From the human T2T-CHM13v2.0 reference genome, Homo sapiens, in NCBI RefSeq assembly GCF_009914755.1, contig NC_060937.1: a stretch of DNA of 64,000 nt, one strand, 5' to 3'. The position numbers and the translations under genes were made by a program. This document shows positions 14,425 to 30,473 of this stretch, piece by piece. Position 1 is the first letter of the stretch. Every line of letters begins with the position of its first letter. The notes below the pieces were generated by a model that ran no database searches, was not told where the DNA came from, and saw only the letters and a list, made by a program, of their open reading frames with translations.

Positions 14425-17045
14425 ATTAGAGGATCAAAACCTCATATTATATCAATATTAATATTAAAAGCAAATGGTCTAAATGCCATTTAGACTTAAA
14501 ACACACAGAGTGGCAAGTTTGATTTAAAAAAATTAAGAAAAAAAAACAAGACCTATTTGTCTGTTGTTTTCAAGAAACCCTATCTCACACATAATGACAC
14601 CTATAGGCTTAAAGAAAAGGGTTGGAGAAAGATCATGCAAACAGAAAACAAAAAAGAGCAGAGGTCACTATTCTTATATCAGATCAAACAGACTTTAAAC
14701 CAACAGCAGTGAGAACATACAAAGAAGGGGATAACATAATGATAAAGCATTTAATTCAATAAGAAGACCTAACTATCCTAAATATATATGTCTCCAACAT
14801 TTGAGCACACAGATTCATAAACAGGTACTCTAGGCCTATGAAAAGACTTACATAGCCAAACAGTAATAGTGGGGGACTTCAACACCCCCACCCCCCGCTG
14901 GCATTAGATGGATCATTGAGGCAGAAAATAAACAAAAACATTATAGACTTAAGTTTAACCCTTGACCAACTGGATCCAATAGACATCTACAGAATATTCC
15001 ACTTATCTACTATAGAATATACATTCTTCTTATCTGTACATGGAACATACTCCAAGATTAATCACATACTTGGTCATAAAGTAAGTCTCAATAAATTCAA
15101 AATAATTGAAATCAAACCAACTATACTCTCAGACTGCAGTGGACTAAAAATAGAAATCAATACCAAGATCCCTCAAAACCACATGATTACATGGAAAATT
15201 GAACAACTTGCTGCTGCATGACTTTTGGGTAAACAACAAATTAAGGGAGAAATAAAAAATTATTTGAAATAAATGAAAACAGAGGAATAATATACCCAAA
15301 TCTCTGGAAAGTGGCAAAAACATTGTTAAGAGTGGTGTTTATGGTGCTAACACTTACCTCGAAATGTTAGAAAGATCTCAAATCAATAATCAACATCACA
15401 CCTAGATGAACTAGAAAAACATGAACAAACTGACTTCAAAGCTAGCAGAAGAAAAGGAATAATTAAAATGAGAGAAGGACTGAATGACACTGAGACCAAA
15501 ATATCTATATAAGTAATCAACCAAGCCAAAAGTTGGTTGTTTTTTTCTGAAAGGATAAAGAAAATCAATAGACTACTCACTAGATTAACAAAGATAGAAG
15601 ATACAAATAAGCAAAATCAGAAATGATAAAGATGATATTACAAATAATCCCACAGAAATGCAAAAGATCCTTAGAGAGCCTTATGAAGAACTTTGATGCA
15701 CACGAACTAGAAAATCTCGAGGAAATGGATAAATTCCTGGAAGCACAAAATCTTCTAAGAATGAGTCAGGAAGAAATGGAAACCCTGAACAGACCAGTAC
15801 TGAGTTCTGAAATTGAATTAGTAATAAAAAACCTACCAACCAAAACCCAAACAACAAAACCCCAGACTAGATGGATTCAGTCAGTTTCTACCAGACATAC
15901 AAAGAACTAGTGTCAATTCTACTGAAACTTTTCCAAAATATCAAGGAGGAGGGACTCCTCCCTGACTCATTCTATGAAGCCAGTATTGCCTTGGTACTAA
16001 AACCTGGCAAAGACAAAATAAAAAAAGGAAACTACAGGTCAATATCCCTGGTGAACTTAGAGGCAAAAATCCTCAACAAAATACTAGCAAATCCAGCAGC
16101 ACATCACCAAGTTAATTCACCATGATGAATTAGGCTTCATTCCTGGGATTCAAGGTTGGTTCAATATAGGCAAATCAATAAAGGTGATTCACCACATAAA
16201 CAAAGTTAAAGACAAAAACCATATGATCATCTCAATAGATGCAGAAAAAAGCTTTTGATAAAATCCAACATGTCTCCATGATTAAGAAAAACCCTCAAGA
16301 AACTAGGCATAGAAGGAACATGTTTCAAAGTAGTAAGAGTTATCTATGACAGTCCCACAGCCAACATCATACTGAATGGGCAATATCTGAAATAATTCAT
16401 CTTGAGAACTGGAACAAGACAAGGATGTTCACTCTCACCACTACTATTCAATACAGTATTGGAAGTCCTAGCCAAAGTAATCAGGGCAAGAGGAAGAAAT
16501 AAAAAGCATCCAGATAGGAAAAGAAGAAGTTAAAGTGTCTCTTATTCACTAGCAATTTGATTCTATACCTAGAAAACCCTAAAGACTCCACCAAAAGACT
16601 CCTGGAACTGACAAATAACTTCAGTAAAGTTTCAGAATACAAAATTAGCAGCATTTCTATACACCAATAATGTTCAAGCTGAGATGCAAATCAGGAACAT
16701 TATCCAATTTATAATGGCTGCAAAAAGAAAAAAACAACCTAGAAATACATCTAATCAAGGAGGTGACAGATCTCTACAAGAATTATAAAACACTGCTGAA
16801 AGAAATCATAGATGACACAAGCAAATGGAGAAAAATTCCATGCTCATGGATTGGAATAATTAATATTGTTAAAATGGCCATACTGCCCAAAGCAATCTAC
16901 AGATTCAGTGCTATTCCTATCAAGCTACAAACTTCATTTTTTCACCAATGAAAAACTAAAAAAAAAAAACTAAAAAAACTCTTCTAAAGTTTACATATAT
17001 TATATATATGTATTTTATATATATACACATATATATACACATATG

Positions 17046-17081
<36 letters not shown>

Positions 17082-18350
17082 AGAGAGAGAGCCTGAATAG
17101 CCAAAGCAATTCTAAGGAAAAAGAACAAAGCCAGAGGCATCACATTACACAACTTCAAACTATACTGTAGGGCTGCAGTAACCAAAACAGCTTGGTACTG
17201 GTATAAAAACAGGCACACAGACCAATAGAACAGACTAGAGAACCCACAAATAAAGTCACACATCTACCCATCTGATCTTTGACAGAGGTGACAAAAATAA
17301 GCAATGGGAAAGCACTCCCTATTTAATAAATGGTGCTGGGATAGCTGGGTATGCAGAAGAATGAAACTGGACCCCTACATTTCACCATATACAAAAATTA
17401 ACTCAAAATGAATTAAAGACTTAAATGTAAGACCTCAAATTATATAAATCCTAGAATAAAACCTCAGAAACAGTATTTGGGACATAAGTCTTAGGAAAGA
17501 ATTTATGACTAGGTCCTCAAATGCAATTGCAACAACATTAAAAAAGACTGGCACATGGGACCTAATTAAACTAAAGAGCTTCTGCATAGCTAAAGAAACT
17601 ATTATATCAAGAGAGTAAATAGACAACCTACAGAATGGGAGAAAATACTTGAACACCTATGTATTTGAGAAAGGTCTGATATCCAGAATCTATAAAGAAC
17701 TTAAACAACTCATCAAACAAAAGACAACCCCATGAAAAAATGGGCCAAATACATGAACAGACACTTCTCAAAAGAAGACATATAAGCAGCCAACAAACAT
17801 AAGAAAAATGCTCAACATTACTAATCATTAGAGAAATGCAAATCAAAACCACAATGAGATACAATCTCACACCAGTCAGAATGGCTATTATTAAAATGTC
17901 AAAAGTAACAGATACAGGCTAGGCTGTGAAGAAAAAGGAATGCATATATATTGCTGGTGAGAATGTAAATTAGTTCAGCCACTGTGAAAAGCAGTTTGGA
18001 GATTTTTCAAAGAACTTAGAACTACCATTCGATAGTAGCAATCTCATTACTGGGTATATATCCAAAAGAAAATTAATTATTTTACCAAAAAGACACATGC
18101 ACGAATTATGTTCATTGCAGCACTATTCACAATAGCAAAGACATGCAATGATCCTGGGTGCCCATCAATGATGGACTGGATAAAGAAAATCTGGTACATA
18201 TAAACCATGGAATACTACACAGCCATTGAAATGAATAAAATCATGTCTCTTGCAGCAACATGGATGCAGATGAAGGCCATCATACTAGGTGAATTAATGC
18301 AAGAACAGAAACCAAATACTGCATGTTGTCACATATAAGTGGGAGCTAAA
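14425..18350 (+). pseudogene. L1 ORF2p (endonuclease/reverse transcriptase) remnant
   Basis: Fragments DIYRIFH...[55 protein letters not shown]. The RT motif LFADDMI reads LFTSNLI near 16542, so it is catalytically dead. Confidence 0.92.
16995..17091. repeat. Compound (TA)n/(GA)n microsatellite inside L1 ORF2
   Basis: atatattatatatatg...tatatatatagagagagagag. Confidence 0.95.
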
Positions 18351-18584
18351 CATCAGGTAATCGTGGACATAAATATGGCAACAATAGATACGGGGGACTA
18401 CTAGAGGTTGGAAGGAGGGAGGAGAATAGGGGCTGAAAAATTAACTATTGGGTACCATGCCCCATACCTGGGTGATGGGATCAGTCATACCCCAAATCTC
18501 AGCATCACCCAATATACCCAGTAAACAAACCTGCATCTTTCCCCTCTGAATCTAAAACGAAAGTTTAAGTTATAAAAAAAATTC

Positions 18585-19145
18585 ATATATACTTCGGCAA
18601 GACTAATTATTAACATTTTGCTGTGCTTGCTTTCCCTTGTTCTCTATATCTATCTATGCATCTCTTATCTTTCCTTCTCTCTTTAGCTGGATCTCACTCT
18701 CTGCCTCTCTTTCTCTCTTTACATAGAGCGATTTGATTGTTTGCTGAGCAATTTGAAAGTAATGTACAGATATAATGACACTTGCTGTATGCATATTTCT
18801 ACCATCAGAGATTTGACTACATAAGCACAATACTATCATCACCCCTACAATAATTTCTATTTACTTAATAATATTGAAAGTTCTCTTGTGCCCTCTTTGA
18901 GGCGTAACGTAGGTACTGGTGTTTTGATTTCCGTTACTCTAGATTAGTTTTTGTCTATTCATATAAATGAAATTATGTATATATATATTATTTTGTCTTT
19001 GTCTTCTTTCATTTAATATAATGTTTTTGAAATTTATCCATATTGCTCTATATATGTATAATTTTATTAGAAACTACTGGACAGTTTTACACAGCAGTTG
19101 TTCCATCAGCAATGAACTTCATTCAGTTCACATCTTTACCAATAT
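18585..19145 (-). mobile_element. Old L1M (MC/ME-like) fragments
   Basis: attattaacattttgctgtgcttgc...gagcaatttgaaagtaa and ctttcatttaatataatgtttttgaaatttatccatattg. Confidence 0.7.
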
Positions 19146-19149
19146 TTAG

Positions 19150-19502
19150 AGGGGACATTCATGTTTGTAGCCCAGAGAGACCATGGAAAAGTTTATCTAC
19201 CTTGAAGCCTCTATACTGTGAGAAATCTCTGGCTACACGGAGAAGCCATGTAGCTTCTCTATTCTCTAGTCTGTAGATGTTCTGTTCAATGATCCCAATG
19301 AACTGAGCCTGTGGTCGTCTAAGCCCAGGTGCCAAACATGTCAGTGAAGATGCCACTCAACAATTCCAGTCACAGTCATTGGGTTACCTCAGCTGTTGCA
19401 GCCTTCCCAGCTGAAGACCAGATATTGTGGAGGGGAGACATGTCATCCCCATGTGCTCTGTCTGAATTCCTGAGCCACAGAGTCCATGAGTTTAATAAAA
19501 CT
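19150..19502 (+). mobile_element. MaLR LTR (MLT1G/H-like), partial
   Basis: gcccaggtgccaaacatgtcagtgaagatgcc...ttcccagctgaagaccagatattgtggag...ctgtctgaattcctgagccacagagtccatgag. Confidence 0.8.
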
Positions 19503-22500
19503 AAAACACTAAAACATTCAATATGCAAAATACAATTCAATCCCCCTGTTTCTAGAGAAGTTCACTGTTGCCCCCAGCAGATACTTTCTGGTCCACCTTC
19601 ACCAGAGAATAAACCTCCTGTTTTGTGTCTGTACTGGAGGGGATAGTCACCCAGCTGTAAGGGCAGATGAGTGGCTTTGGAAGTCTGCTTCTTATAAAGA
19701 TTTGAATGAGTTCTGTTGTATCAGCCCCAGTCCACATCTGAGCTGAGGTGGGAACTGATGTCAGGCAGGTAGGACACTGTTTTATGGACTCCATTAAATC
19801 AGTTGTAACTCCTCTTTGATTGGAATTTCCATCTTCCAAAATGCTACTGACATATACTGTTTCCTTTAGTCTCATCTAAAATTCTTTTTGTTCTTATTAA
19901 TTTGTATCATTTTTATCCTTCATTCTAAATTTTAGAGCTTGAGGAGTGCTAGAGATAAATGCATTTGTTTAATCCAGCCCCTTTAGCTTGAAATCCCTGC
20001 TTGAGTGTGTCAACCCAGTTTATTTATCCCCTTGTTTTCATAGAACTCATTTCAGGTGTCTTACATGGATCTATGATGTTTCCTTTCTTCCTCATATATT
20101 AATTGGCAATATATCTCAATCCATGCCCCCCTGGACTTACAAGATCTGTCAGGCTCTTCTGCTGAAACAGATTCCTACTTTTAGAATCTTTTGATCAGCC
20201 CTGTGTCTCCTGACACGGGTATTGCTTTATTGAATATAATTATTATTCTAGCTTAACCAAATCACTCAGAATAATTATTACCATCAAAAGCACCCAAACA
20301 CACTGGGGAAGAGTGCACTTATCTGTGTTTAAAAACAGAACCCAAACTGTGCCTACTTTCTGGAAGATTACAATGCCAAATCTTCTTTAAACAACAGATC
20401 AGCAACAGTGATTTCAGCTGTTTTCATTCGCGGATCCAGAGAAAGAGGATTTTCTTCTTCTTACGGAGGTCAAAAGTTCCTTTGGATCATTTTGTAAGTA
20501 GGGAGCAAAGCATATTTGGAAGAGTGAAAGGCGTCCAGAGGTGATGATCACAGCCCTTCTGTTCACTTTACAGAAATTCGGTGAACAGAGAAGGCCAGGA
20601 AAAGTGGGAGTCAGGGCATTGGTAGGGACTTTGGGAAGTTTAGCAGGGTCCAGGGGAATAGGGCTTCAACCTCCTACCTTTACTTAGGTCTGCAAGCTCT
20701 GAACATAATCCAAATTATCTTGAGTAGGAACTGTGACTCTGTGCCAATGTGCAAAGCTGCACTCAAAATGTATACTTTAAAACCTCTGCTCTGATTTAGA
20801 CAGCCGTCTTCACTACAGAGAGAGTGATTTTGACTTAGGATTAAGGTCAAATACTTAAAGAGAGTCCCCAAGTTCTGTGGACCCTCATTTTTGCCCATTT
20901 ACTCCTTTTGCAAGATCAGAAATAAGGCCTTGTATAATAACACTTGCTCTTTTTCTTCCCTCTCTTTTTGTTTCTGCCTCCTTCTATGCTTCTCCTCTGT
21001 ATTATGCAATATTCATTGAATTTCTGGTATTAGATCTTTTTTTAAAGGTGATAAGACACAGTTCTCATCTTCAAGACTCTTATAGTCAATGCAATAACTT
21101 TTAACATTGAGATTGTTGTTCAGTTAAGAAGAGGAGGGATATTTCAAAAAGAACATAATTTTCATTTTTCATTTTCCTTTTTATTTAAAATCGCATTCTC
21201 TATTCTCTAGTCTGCTTTGTCTTTGAGCAGAAACATTATCATCATCCAAATTCATCATTTTTTATAACTCACATACCACCCACACTGCTAAACTCCCTTT
21301 TTTTTTTTCCTCACAGAGGGATGTGTCATCTTTAGTTTGGGTTTGTTAGCCTTTAATTAGGAAGTCTGCATAAACCCGCACAACCTTTGCCTTGAAATAC
21401 AACTGACTGCAAATGAACTCATCTGTTTTGTGTTTCTATATACGTGATTCATGGGGTTAGAGTTGGTTTCTTCTATTATCTTAATTGAATCCATCTTCTA
21501 CATGTGAATGTTGTTAAAGGAAATGTGAATTGTGCAAGCGTAGGCAAAGACCTTGGGTTTGAGACCTCTTTTTATTATTAATTGGCTGGACAGCCCATGA
21601 TACTCAGGCATGTTTTTGCCTCAGTTTCCCAGTCCCGGGAATTCCTCTAGAACATTGGCTCTGTTTATTTTATAGATGTTGTAAATAAGAAAAGAGCCAC
21701 ATAAAAAAGGGCATGTAATGTTACCATTATTGCTTAAAACACTTTAAGATTGTGGAATATCACAAAATATGACTTCCCATTGCCATGATACTGACAAAAA
21801 CAAGCAATGTTTTATATTTCTTTAGTGAACTTCACTGTCTGTTTTGGATTTATTAGTCAGTTACATGATTTCATTTTTACTCTGGAAAGGGGAAGGTTAT
21901 ATTGTTCTGATGAGATAACAAGACTTAAATGAATTCAACTTGTGAAGGTAACTTCCTTTGGCTTATAACTCCCTTTCGGGGCCTTTTCACACTATGCCTT
22001 GCTCCTATATCCGTATATTGTTTTCTATCTGCTTAAGGGGAAAGTAACTTTTAAAAGTCTGACAGTAAGGTTAAGTTTTTCTGCTTGTTCAAACCAACAA
22101 TAAAAAAGATAAAGTTCTATAAATTTACAGGAGATGAAAATAAGGGGCAACATTTATTCTTCTACATCAAGATTTTTTTTTCTTTTAAATCTACTTAGTG
22201 ATGTTTCTTGTCCTTTTTCCACAAAACCTTATTATAACAGGTTTACATATACATGTTTAAGAGCTAAATCTAAGTATACTTCTTTAGAGATGCATTACGT
22301 GCTATTTTCTTTAAGCGAATGGAACTGTTAAAGAGAGAACTCTGTAAATAAGTGTTAGGAACATGCTATTAAAGGATGTTTCTTAAAAATAAAATAAAAT
22401 AAATCTATTTAGTTCATAGCTATCAGCTATTATTCCACCTTAAAAGGAAAATCTGTCTTCATAAAATAGAAAGCTATGATTTCTTAATTTTATAAAATTG

Positions 22501-22774
22501 AAGGTCACTATAATGCCTTAAGAATATTATTTGATATACCAAAAATCTGATTTGCACATAGGCTTTCAAGAAATTACCTAAAATCATACATATCATTCTC
22601 CACAAAGCAGATAGTCATCTTTTCTTAAGACTCTGTGTAGCTGTCTTATGTTTAGAGTAGAATCCAAACCACTTATCATAACATATAAGGGCCAATGTCG
22701 TTTGGTCTGGGCCACTTCTGTGATCTTCTCTCTCACCAGTTTCCTCTTGCTATCTATATTCTCCTACACTAACT

Positions 22775-24370
<1,596 letters not shown>

Positions 24371-24412
24371 ATATGTTTTAGCAACTTAGCAGCTGGCTAA
24401 CAAATACACTGA

Positions 24413-24486
24413 TGCCAAACCCCATGACACAAGTTTACCTATGTAACAAACCTGCACTTGTACTGCTGAACTTAAAAGTTAAAAAA
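24413..24486 (+). mobile_element. Extremely 5'-truncated L1PA tail (about 75 bp)
   Basis: aaaccccatgacacaagtttacctatgtaacaaacctgcac...gaacttaaaagttaaaaaa; degenerate TSD aaatacactgat / aaatgcattgat. Confidence 0.85.
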
Positions 24487-25140
24487 TGCATTGATTCAAA
24501 AAATCACAAAAACAAAAACCCAATAATATTCTTCTTAAGGTTAACAACGTACTAATGTTAATATTAAAATAGCTGAGTTGCCAGCCTTTAAGGTCTCGGT
24601 TAGGTTGCATGAAGCTTGAATTCATAAAATAAATGAATCCTGGAGATGGTTCTTGAATAAGATGGTCAGGCCCACAGGTAGCAAGGGGACAAAGAGATTA
24701 CCCAGTTTCCAAGTCTATATGGTCTGAGTCCAAATCCTTGCTCTTCCAGCTGTACTACCTTCACTAAATCAACCTTTTGAATTTTGGTTTCTTTGTATAT
24801 GAAGTAGAAATATTAATGACTGTGTCAAGAAATTGCTGCTAGAATTTACTGAAATTGCATATGCAAACGGACCGATAAATAGTATTGTCACTTGTCTTCC
24901 TTCTCTAAAGTGTTATCAGAAAGTTGTGTGGACACATATGTCATTGAACACTGAAGCTCATGCCAAAGGGATGGACTTCTATCTCCTTGGATTTCTTTTA
25001 TCCTGGAGAAATAAAAAGTAGCTCAATTTTAAAATGTTGGCTTCTGCTTCATCCAAGTTGAGTGAGGTTAACAGCCACTGTGCTCAGAATTCTTTTCCTG
25101 GAAGAAATTATTTGATTGTTTTCTTTTTAAAGTGATGCAA

Positions 25141-25195
25141 TCTCTCTCTCTCTCTCTCTCTCTCTGTTTCTGTTTTCTCTCTCTCTCCCTCTCTT
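25141..25195. repeat. (TC)n microsatellite
   Basis: (TC)12 followed by a degenerate CT tract. Confidence 0.95.
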
Positions 25196-25217
25196 TTACT
25201 CTGCTCATCTTTCTCTT

Positions 25218-26760
25218 TTTAAATTTTATTTCAATAGTTTTTGAGGAACAGCTGGTTTTGGTTACATGGATAAGTTGCTTAGTTGTGATTTCCGAGATTT
25301 TGGTGTACCCATCAACTGAAGCATGTACACAGTACCCAATGTGTAGTCTTTTATCCCTCATCCCCCTCCCACCCTACTCTTGGGTCCCCAAAGTCCACTA
25401 TCTCATTCTTATGCCTTTGCATCCTCATTGTTTAGCTCCCACTTACAAGTGAGACATATGATATTTGGTTTTCTATTCCTGACTTACTTCACTTATAATA
25501 ATAGTATCCAACTCCATCTAGGTTGCTGCAAATGCCATTATTTCATTCCTTTTCCAGGCTGAGTAGTATCCCATGGTGTATATATACCACATTTTATTTA
25601 TCCACTCGTTGGTTGGTTGGCATTCAGACTGGTTCCATTTTTTGCAGTTACGAATTGTGCTGCTACAAACATATGTGTGCAAGTGTCTTTTTCATATAAA
25701 GATTTATTTTCCTTTGGGTAGATACCCAGTAGTGGGATTGCTGGATCAAATTGTAGTTCTGCTTTTAGTTCTTTAAGGAATCTCCATATTGTTTTCCATA
25801 GAGGTTATACTAGTTTACATTCCCACTGGCAGTATAAAAGTGTTCCCTTTTTACCATATCCATGCCAGCATTTATTTATTTATTTATTTAATTTTTTAAA
25901 ATGATGGCCATTCTTGCAGGAGTAAGGTGGTATCTCAGTGTGGTTTTAATTTGCATTTTCCCAATGATTAGTGATGTTGACCACTTTTTTCATGTGTCTG
26001 TTGGCCATTTGTATATCTTCTTTTGAGAATTGTCTATTCATGTTCTTTGCCTGCTTTTTGATGGGATTCTTTGATTTTTTTTCTTGCTGATTTGAGTTCC
26101 TTGTAGATTCTGGATATTAGTCCTATGTCAGATGCATAGTTTGCGAATATTTCCTCTCATGCTGTGGGTTGTCTGTTTACTCTGCTGACTATTTATTTTG
26201 CTGTGCAGAACCTTTTTAGTTTAAGTCCCATCTATTTATCTTCGTTTTTGTTACATTTGCCTTTGGGTTCTTGGTCATGAACTCCTTGCTTAAGCCAATG
26301 TCTAGAAAAGTTTTTTCAATGTTATCTTCTAGAGTTTTTGTGGTTGCAGATCTTAGATTTAAATCTTTGATCTATCTTGAGTTACTTTTGTATAAGGTGA
26401 AAGATCAGGATCTAGTTGCATTCTCCTACGTGTGGCTTGCCAATTATTCCAGCACCATTTGTTGAATAGGGTGTCCTTTCTTCACTTTATGTTTTTGTTT
26501 GCTTTGTCAAAGATCAGTTGGCCATAAGTATTTGGCTTTATTTCTGGGTTCTTTATTCTATTCCTTTGGTCTACGTGCCTATTTTTATACCAGTACTATG
26601 CTGTTTTGGTAACTATAACCTGGTAGTATAGTTTGAAGTCGAATAATGTGGTGCCTCCAGATTTGTTCTTTTTGCTTAGTCTTGCTTTGGCTATGTGGGC
26701 TCTTTTTTGGTTCCACATAAATTTTAGGACTGTTTTTCCTAGTTCTGTGAAGAATGATAT
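25218..26760 (-). mobile_element. 5'-truncated L1PB1-like element, about 1.5 kb
   Basis: tttatttcaatagtttttgaggaacag...ggttacatggataag 3' end; perfect 13-bp TSD tcatctttctctt at 25205-25217 and 26761-26773. Confidence 0.95.
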
Positions 26761-29700
26761 TCATCTTTCTCTTAATCCTTCTGTATATCTCTCTTTTCTT
26801 CTTTCTTCTTCCTCTTTCCTTTTATTTTCTGATTTTACAAATAATACTTCTTTATTTTAGAGGGAAAGGAGAAGGAGGACACTTTTAATTCTCAAAGAGA
26901 ATTTCCTACTAGATAACTTCTTGACTCACTTCTGGGTGCTGTAGCTTCCATTTGGTTGAGGGAAGGGAGAACTCATTCTTATTCTCATTTACCAGTGTGT
27001 AAACAAAGTGAAAGACCTCTGTGGGGGCTGCTATGGATCTTAACTTTGAGATCTCTTTCGAGCTTCTCCATTTTCCCCATTGCTCTTTTCTTTCTGCATA
27101 GTATATTTTTAGCTGGCGAATTCAAGTCCTTAACAACTTTTGGAGTGGCTGAGCTCCTACCCCTTTTGCCTGATTGACCAGGATGTGATTGAGCCCTCAC
27201 TGTTCTCCACAACCAGCTCTGAGACTCTTTCCAGCAGCCTGTCCTGTTGTGGAGTACTGTTCCTCCAGGGCCATTGCTCAGGAGGACTTCTGTTCCCAGT
27301 GGCAAACAATGACCTTTTAGGAAGCTACTTCCCTGAGCTCTTGTGGAAGCAATTTCTCTCCTGAAAGAGTTGTTGGTTGGGCTGCTTCTTTTGCTTCTTG
27401 TTTCATGGAGGTACATGAATCTGTAGACACAAGATGTGCTCCAAGGCATCCCTTGAACAAGGTTACAACCCATTTTTGCCTAAATTGTGTTTGTTACATT
27501 CAGCTGACTCTCTGTGAAGAGGAAGGAGGCAGGCTTTGCTTAGGATTGTCTGAGTTGTGCAGAAGGAAAGCAAACCTACACACTGAATGGAGCTGGGCTC
27601 TCTTTCTGCTCCTGGAATTAGGCAGGTTTTCTGTGCATGAGCTCCTGGGGAGCCTTCAACTGCTTACATGAACTTGACAGGCACCTGTGATTTATGTTTT
27701 GAATCCTGCCCAAGTTTGTGAAGCAAAGTTTTGGTTTAGTCTGTGAGGAAGATTTTGAGCTTATGATGAGAAGACTACTTGAAAACCAGGTGATGTAAAT
27801 TCACATGCAATTGCTCTAAGTTGTTTTTACATGAAGAAAATATGAAGTTCTAGAAACACATGTTCAGAGCCTGTATTGACGTTCTTGGCTAAGGAGCAGA
27901 GAGGGATGGAAAAAACTTGTGAACTCTGAAAAAGCCTGTCTACCCACTTTTCATTTTTTGTCTGTGCTTTGAAAAGAAGTTATTCATCATATAAACTATT
28001 CAAGTCCACCATGTTACTAAATCCTGGAGCTCAGATCACATTGAGGTGCAGGGGCAAATCCAGTGGCAAATGCTAAGTCTTGATATCAATCAAGTCCTAT
28101 TCAAAGGACTCATCTTTACAAAGTATATTGTGTGTTTGGAAGAAAATCACATATTGTGTGTTTGGAAGAAAAACTCTTTTTTTATTCCCATGGCAAATTA
28201 TAACTAAAGGAAATATTTGGAATTTCTAAAAATTTGCAGGCTTTTACAAATATTAATGTGCTGGTGTTAGCTTCTTGACATTTTCTTGTAAGACTCAACT
28301 AAATGTATTTGTTGTTGTAGGTGAATCAATGATCACATGAAATTTTTAAAGTCTAGTTTTGGTCTTCATTTCATTTGCTCTTCAGCTTTAAATGACCAAA
28401 GCAAATTCACCAAACTCTCTACAGAATGCTAATCAACAAAAGTTTGTTTTCAGAACCTCACGATAAATCAGTTTTATGTCCTCCATGTGAAAGTTCTAAG
28501 GTTTTAGAGGAGAATGTTAAAAGCAAGATATCAAGGGCCACTCTAACTGCGTTTATGCTACATAAAATGAACAACAATAACAACAACAGAGAAACAAAAC
28601 CCAAATGCCAAGCCCAACTGTCCGACAAATGCCAGATGGTTCTTATCACATAAAAAGTCACGTAGATATCAGGAAGTCACATAAGCAGAGAGGCCTGTTG
28701 GTTTTGTTTTTTTGTCCTGTCTCTACTACTTATCTTTTCTCTAAATTTTCCTTAGAGTGGAAAATAAATAAAATTCTTTTTTCCACATTTGTATCTACTC
28801 TAGGAATTGAGGGGAATCCTGCTGTATTTTCTGATGAGCTTGTGAAGCATAATGGCTGGTAAAAAGAACTCAGCTGCAGAGCATCAGATTCCACTAAACA
28901 TCAGCAAGACATGCTTTCGGGGCTCTCGAAACACTGTTGAGGGAAGAGTGTTGGGAAAACACTCTGCTCTGAAGTTCCTGGGGCTATCTGGGAGCTACAA
29001 GCTTCTGTAGCTTGAAGTGTAACCATATGTGAGCAGTGACACTTTAATTGTTGCTTTGCTTTTCTGGGTAGAGATCAGAAGTCTTTCAGCACAGAGCTTA
29101 TTCACCCTTGGGAAAAACCTACCCTCTAGATATCAGAAAGGAAGAATCTGACCAAATTCTAGTTGTTGCTGACAGTTCAGCCACATAGATTTGGTCACTG
29201 TACTTTTCTCATTGAGCAAACAAATGCTGCTTGAGAATTTGAGGCTATTTAGGATGATGGCTGTAGTTGAAATGGTTAGAAATGACCAAAAGACTACGTA
29301 TTCTCTAAAAGTTCCCTTATGATTGTGGTAATTAATGTAATAAATAGCTATTGCCTTGCTAAAGGATGATTATATACAGAGTTAGTGAGGGGGTAGTACA
29401 CCATGGCATGATGCAACATATAATAATATGTTCAGCCTTTGCAGAGGGTAGTGAGCTTTCCCATTGCACAGTAGTAATTTTTCATTTTTTCTTGTGCATA
29501 TGTTCTTGTCTCCTTAGTAGTTATCAAATACCTGAAAAGGAGAAGCTGTATTATAGTTCTTTTCTATTGCTTTTTTGAGAAGGGGAAATTGAGTTCAGTT
29601 GACTCCATGTTGATGAAGCAGCTTCTACTGAATGAGTGGACTGAGGAAGAACCCACTTCAGTCCTAGTTTTGTATCCCGATTAAGAGTCTGGCTCTTTGG

Positions 29701-30049
29701 AATATCAGGGCTTTGGAGTGGGCTCTGGAGGTGTATTGATGACACCTTTAGGTACTTTGATCACAGCCCCTGCTTTATGCTCATGCTCAGAGAACAAATC
29801 CTGGCTGCCTCTTTAGGGAGTTAACATTGCCCCACTTTCTTGCTTTCTGCTTCATATGTTGGTTCATGGCAGAACTTAGGAATTTTAAGGTTTTTTTTTT
29901 CCCTTCTAAGAGTGGTAAACATAACCGTACGCAATCTCTTTTCCAATCTTTACTTAAAAATAGTACAACACAACAATTGACATTTACCACATATGACAAC
30001 TGACTATATGCTGAATACAGAGCAAGTGACATATATATCTTCTCTCTTT

Positions 30050-30473
30050 CTCAAGCCTTCTGTCCCCACTCAACATAATCAGCCTCAGTGGCCTTCTTTC
30101 TGTTGTTTGATGGTAACAAGTGTGTTTCCATCTCATAACCATTGTATTTGCTAATGCCTTTACCTAAACCACGCTTCCCTCTCCTTCATATAACTGATGC
30201 TACTCATCACTTAGGTCTTAGCTCAATGTTACCTTCTCAACAAGACTCATGCAACCAATTTATCTATCACAGCCTTCATAGCATTTACTACTGTTTGAAA
30301 TTATCTTGTTTGTTTATTGGTTACTTGTTTATTTTCTGTCTCCCCCCATAAGAATGTTCATTGAGAGGAGTAGGGCCCTTTCCTGTCTTGTCTTCTGTCC
30401 TATGTTCAGCATGTGGAATAGTTTGTTATACATAGTGTAGTAGCTACTCTACTGGTAGGATAAATGAATGAAT
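30050..30473 (+). mobile_element. L2 3' end
   Basis: aggtcttagctcaatgttaccttctca...tttattttctgtctcccccc...taaatgaatgaa. Confidence 0.8.

Noticed and set aside
26985-27473. Longest ORF (162 aa, - strand) as a protein-coding gene
   Set aside because: No recognisable domain and no supporting exon structure. An ORF of this length can occur by chance across six frames of 64 kb.
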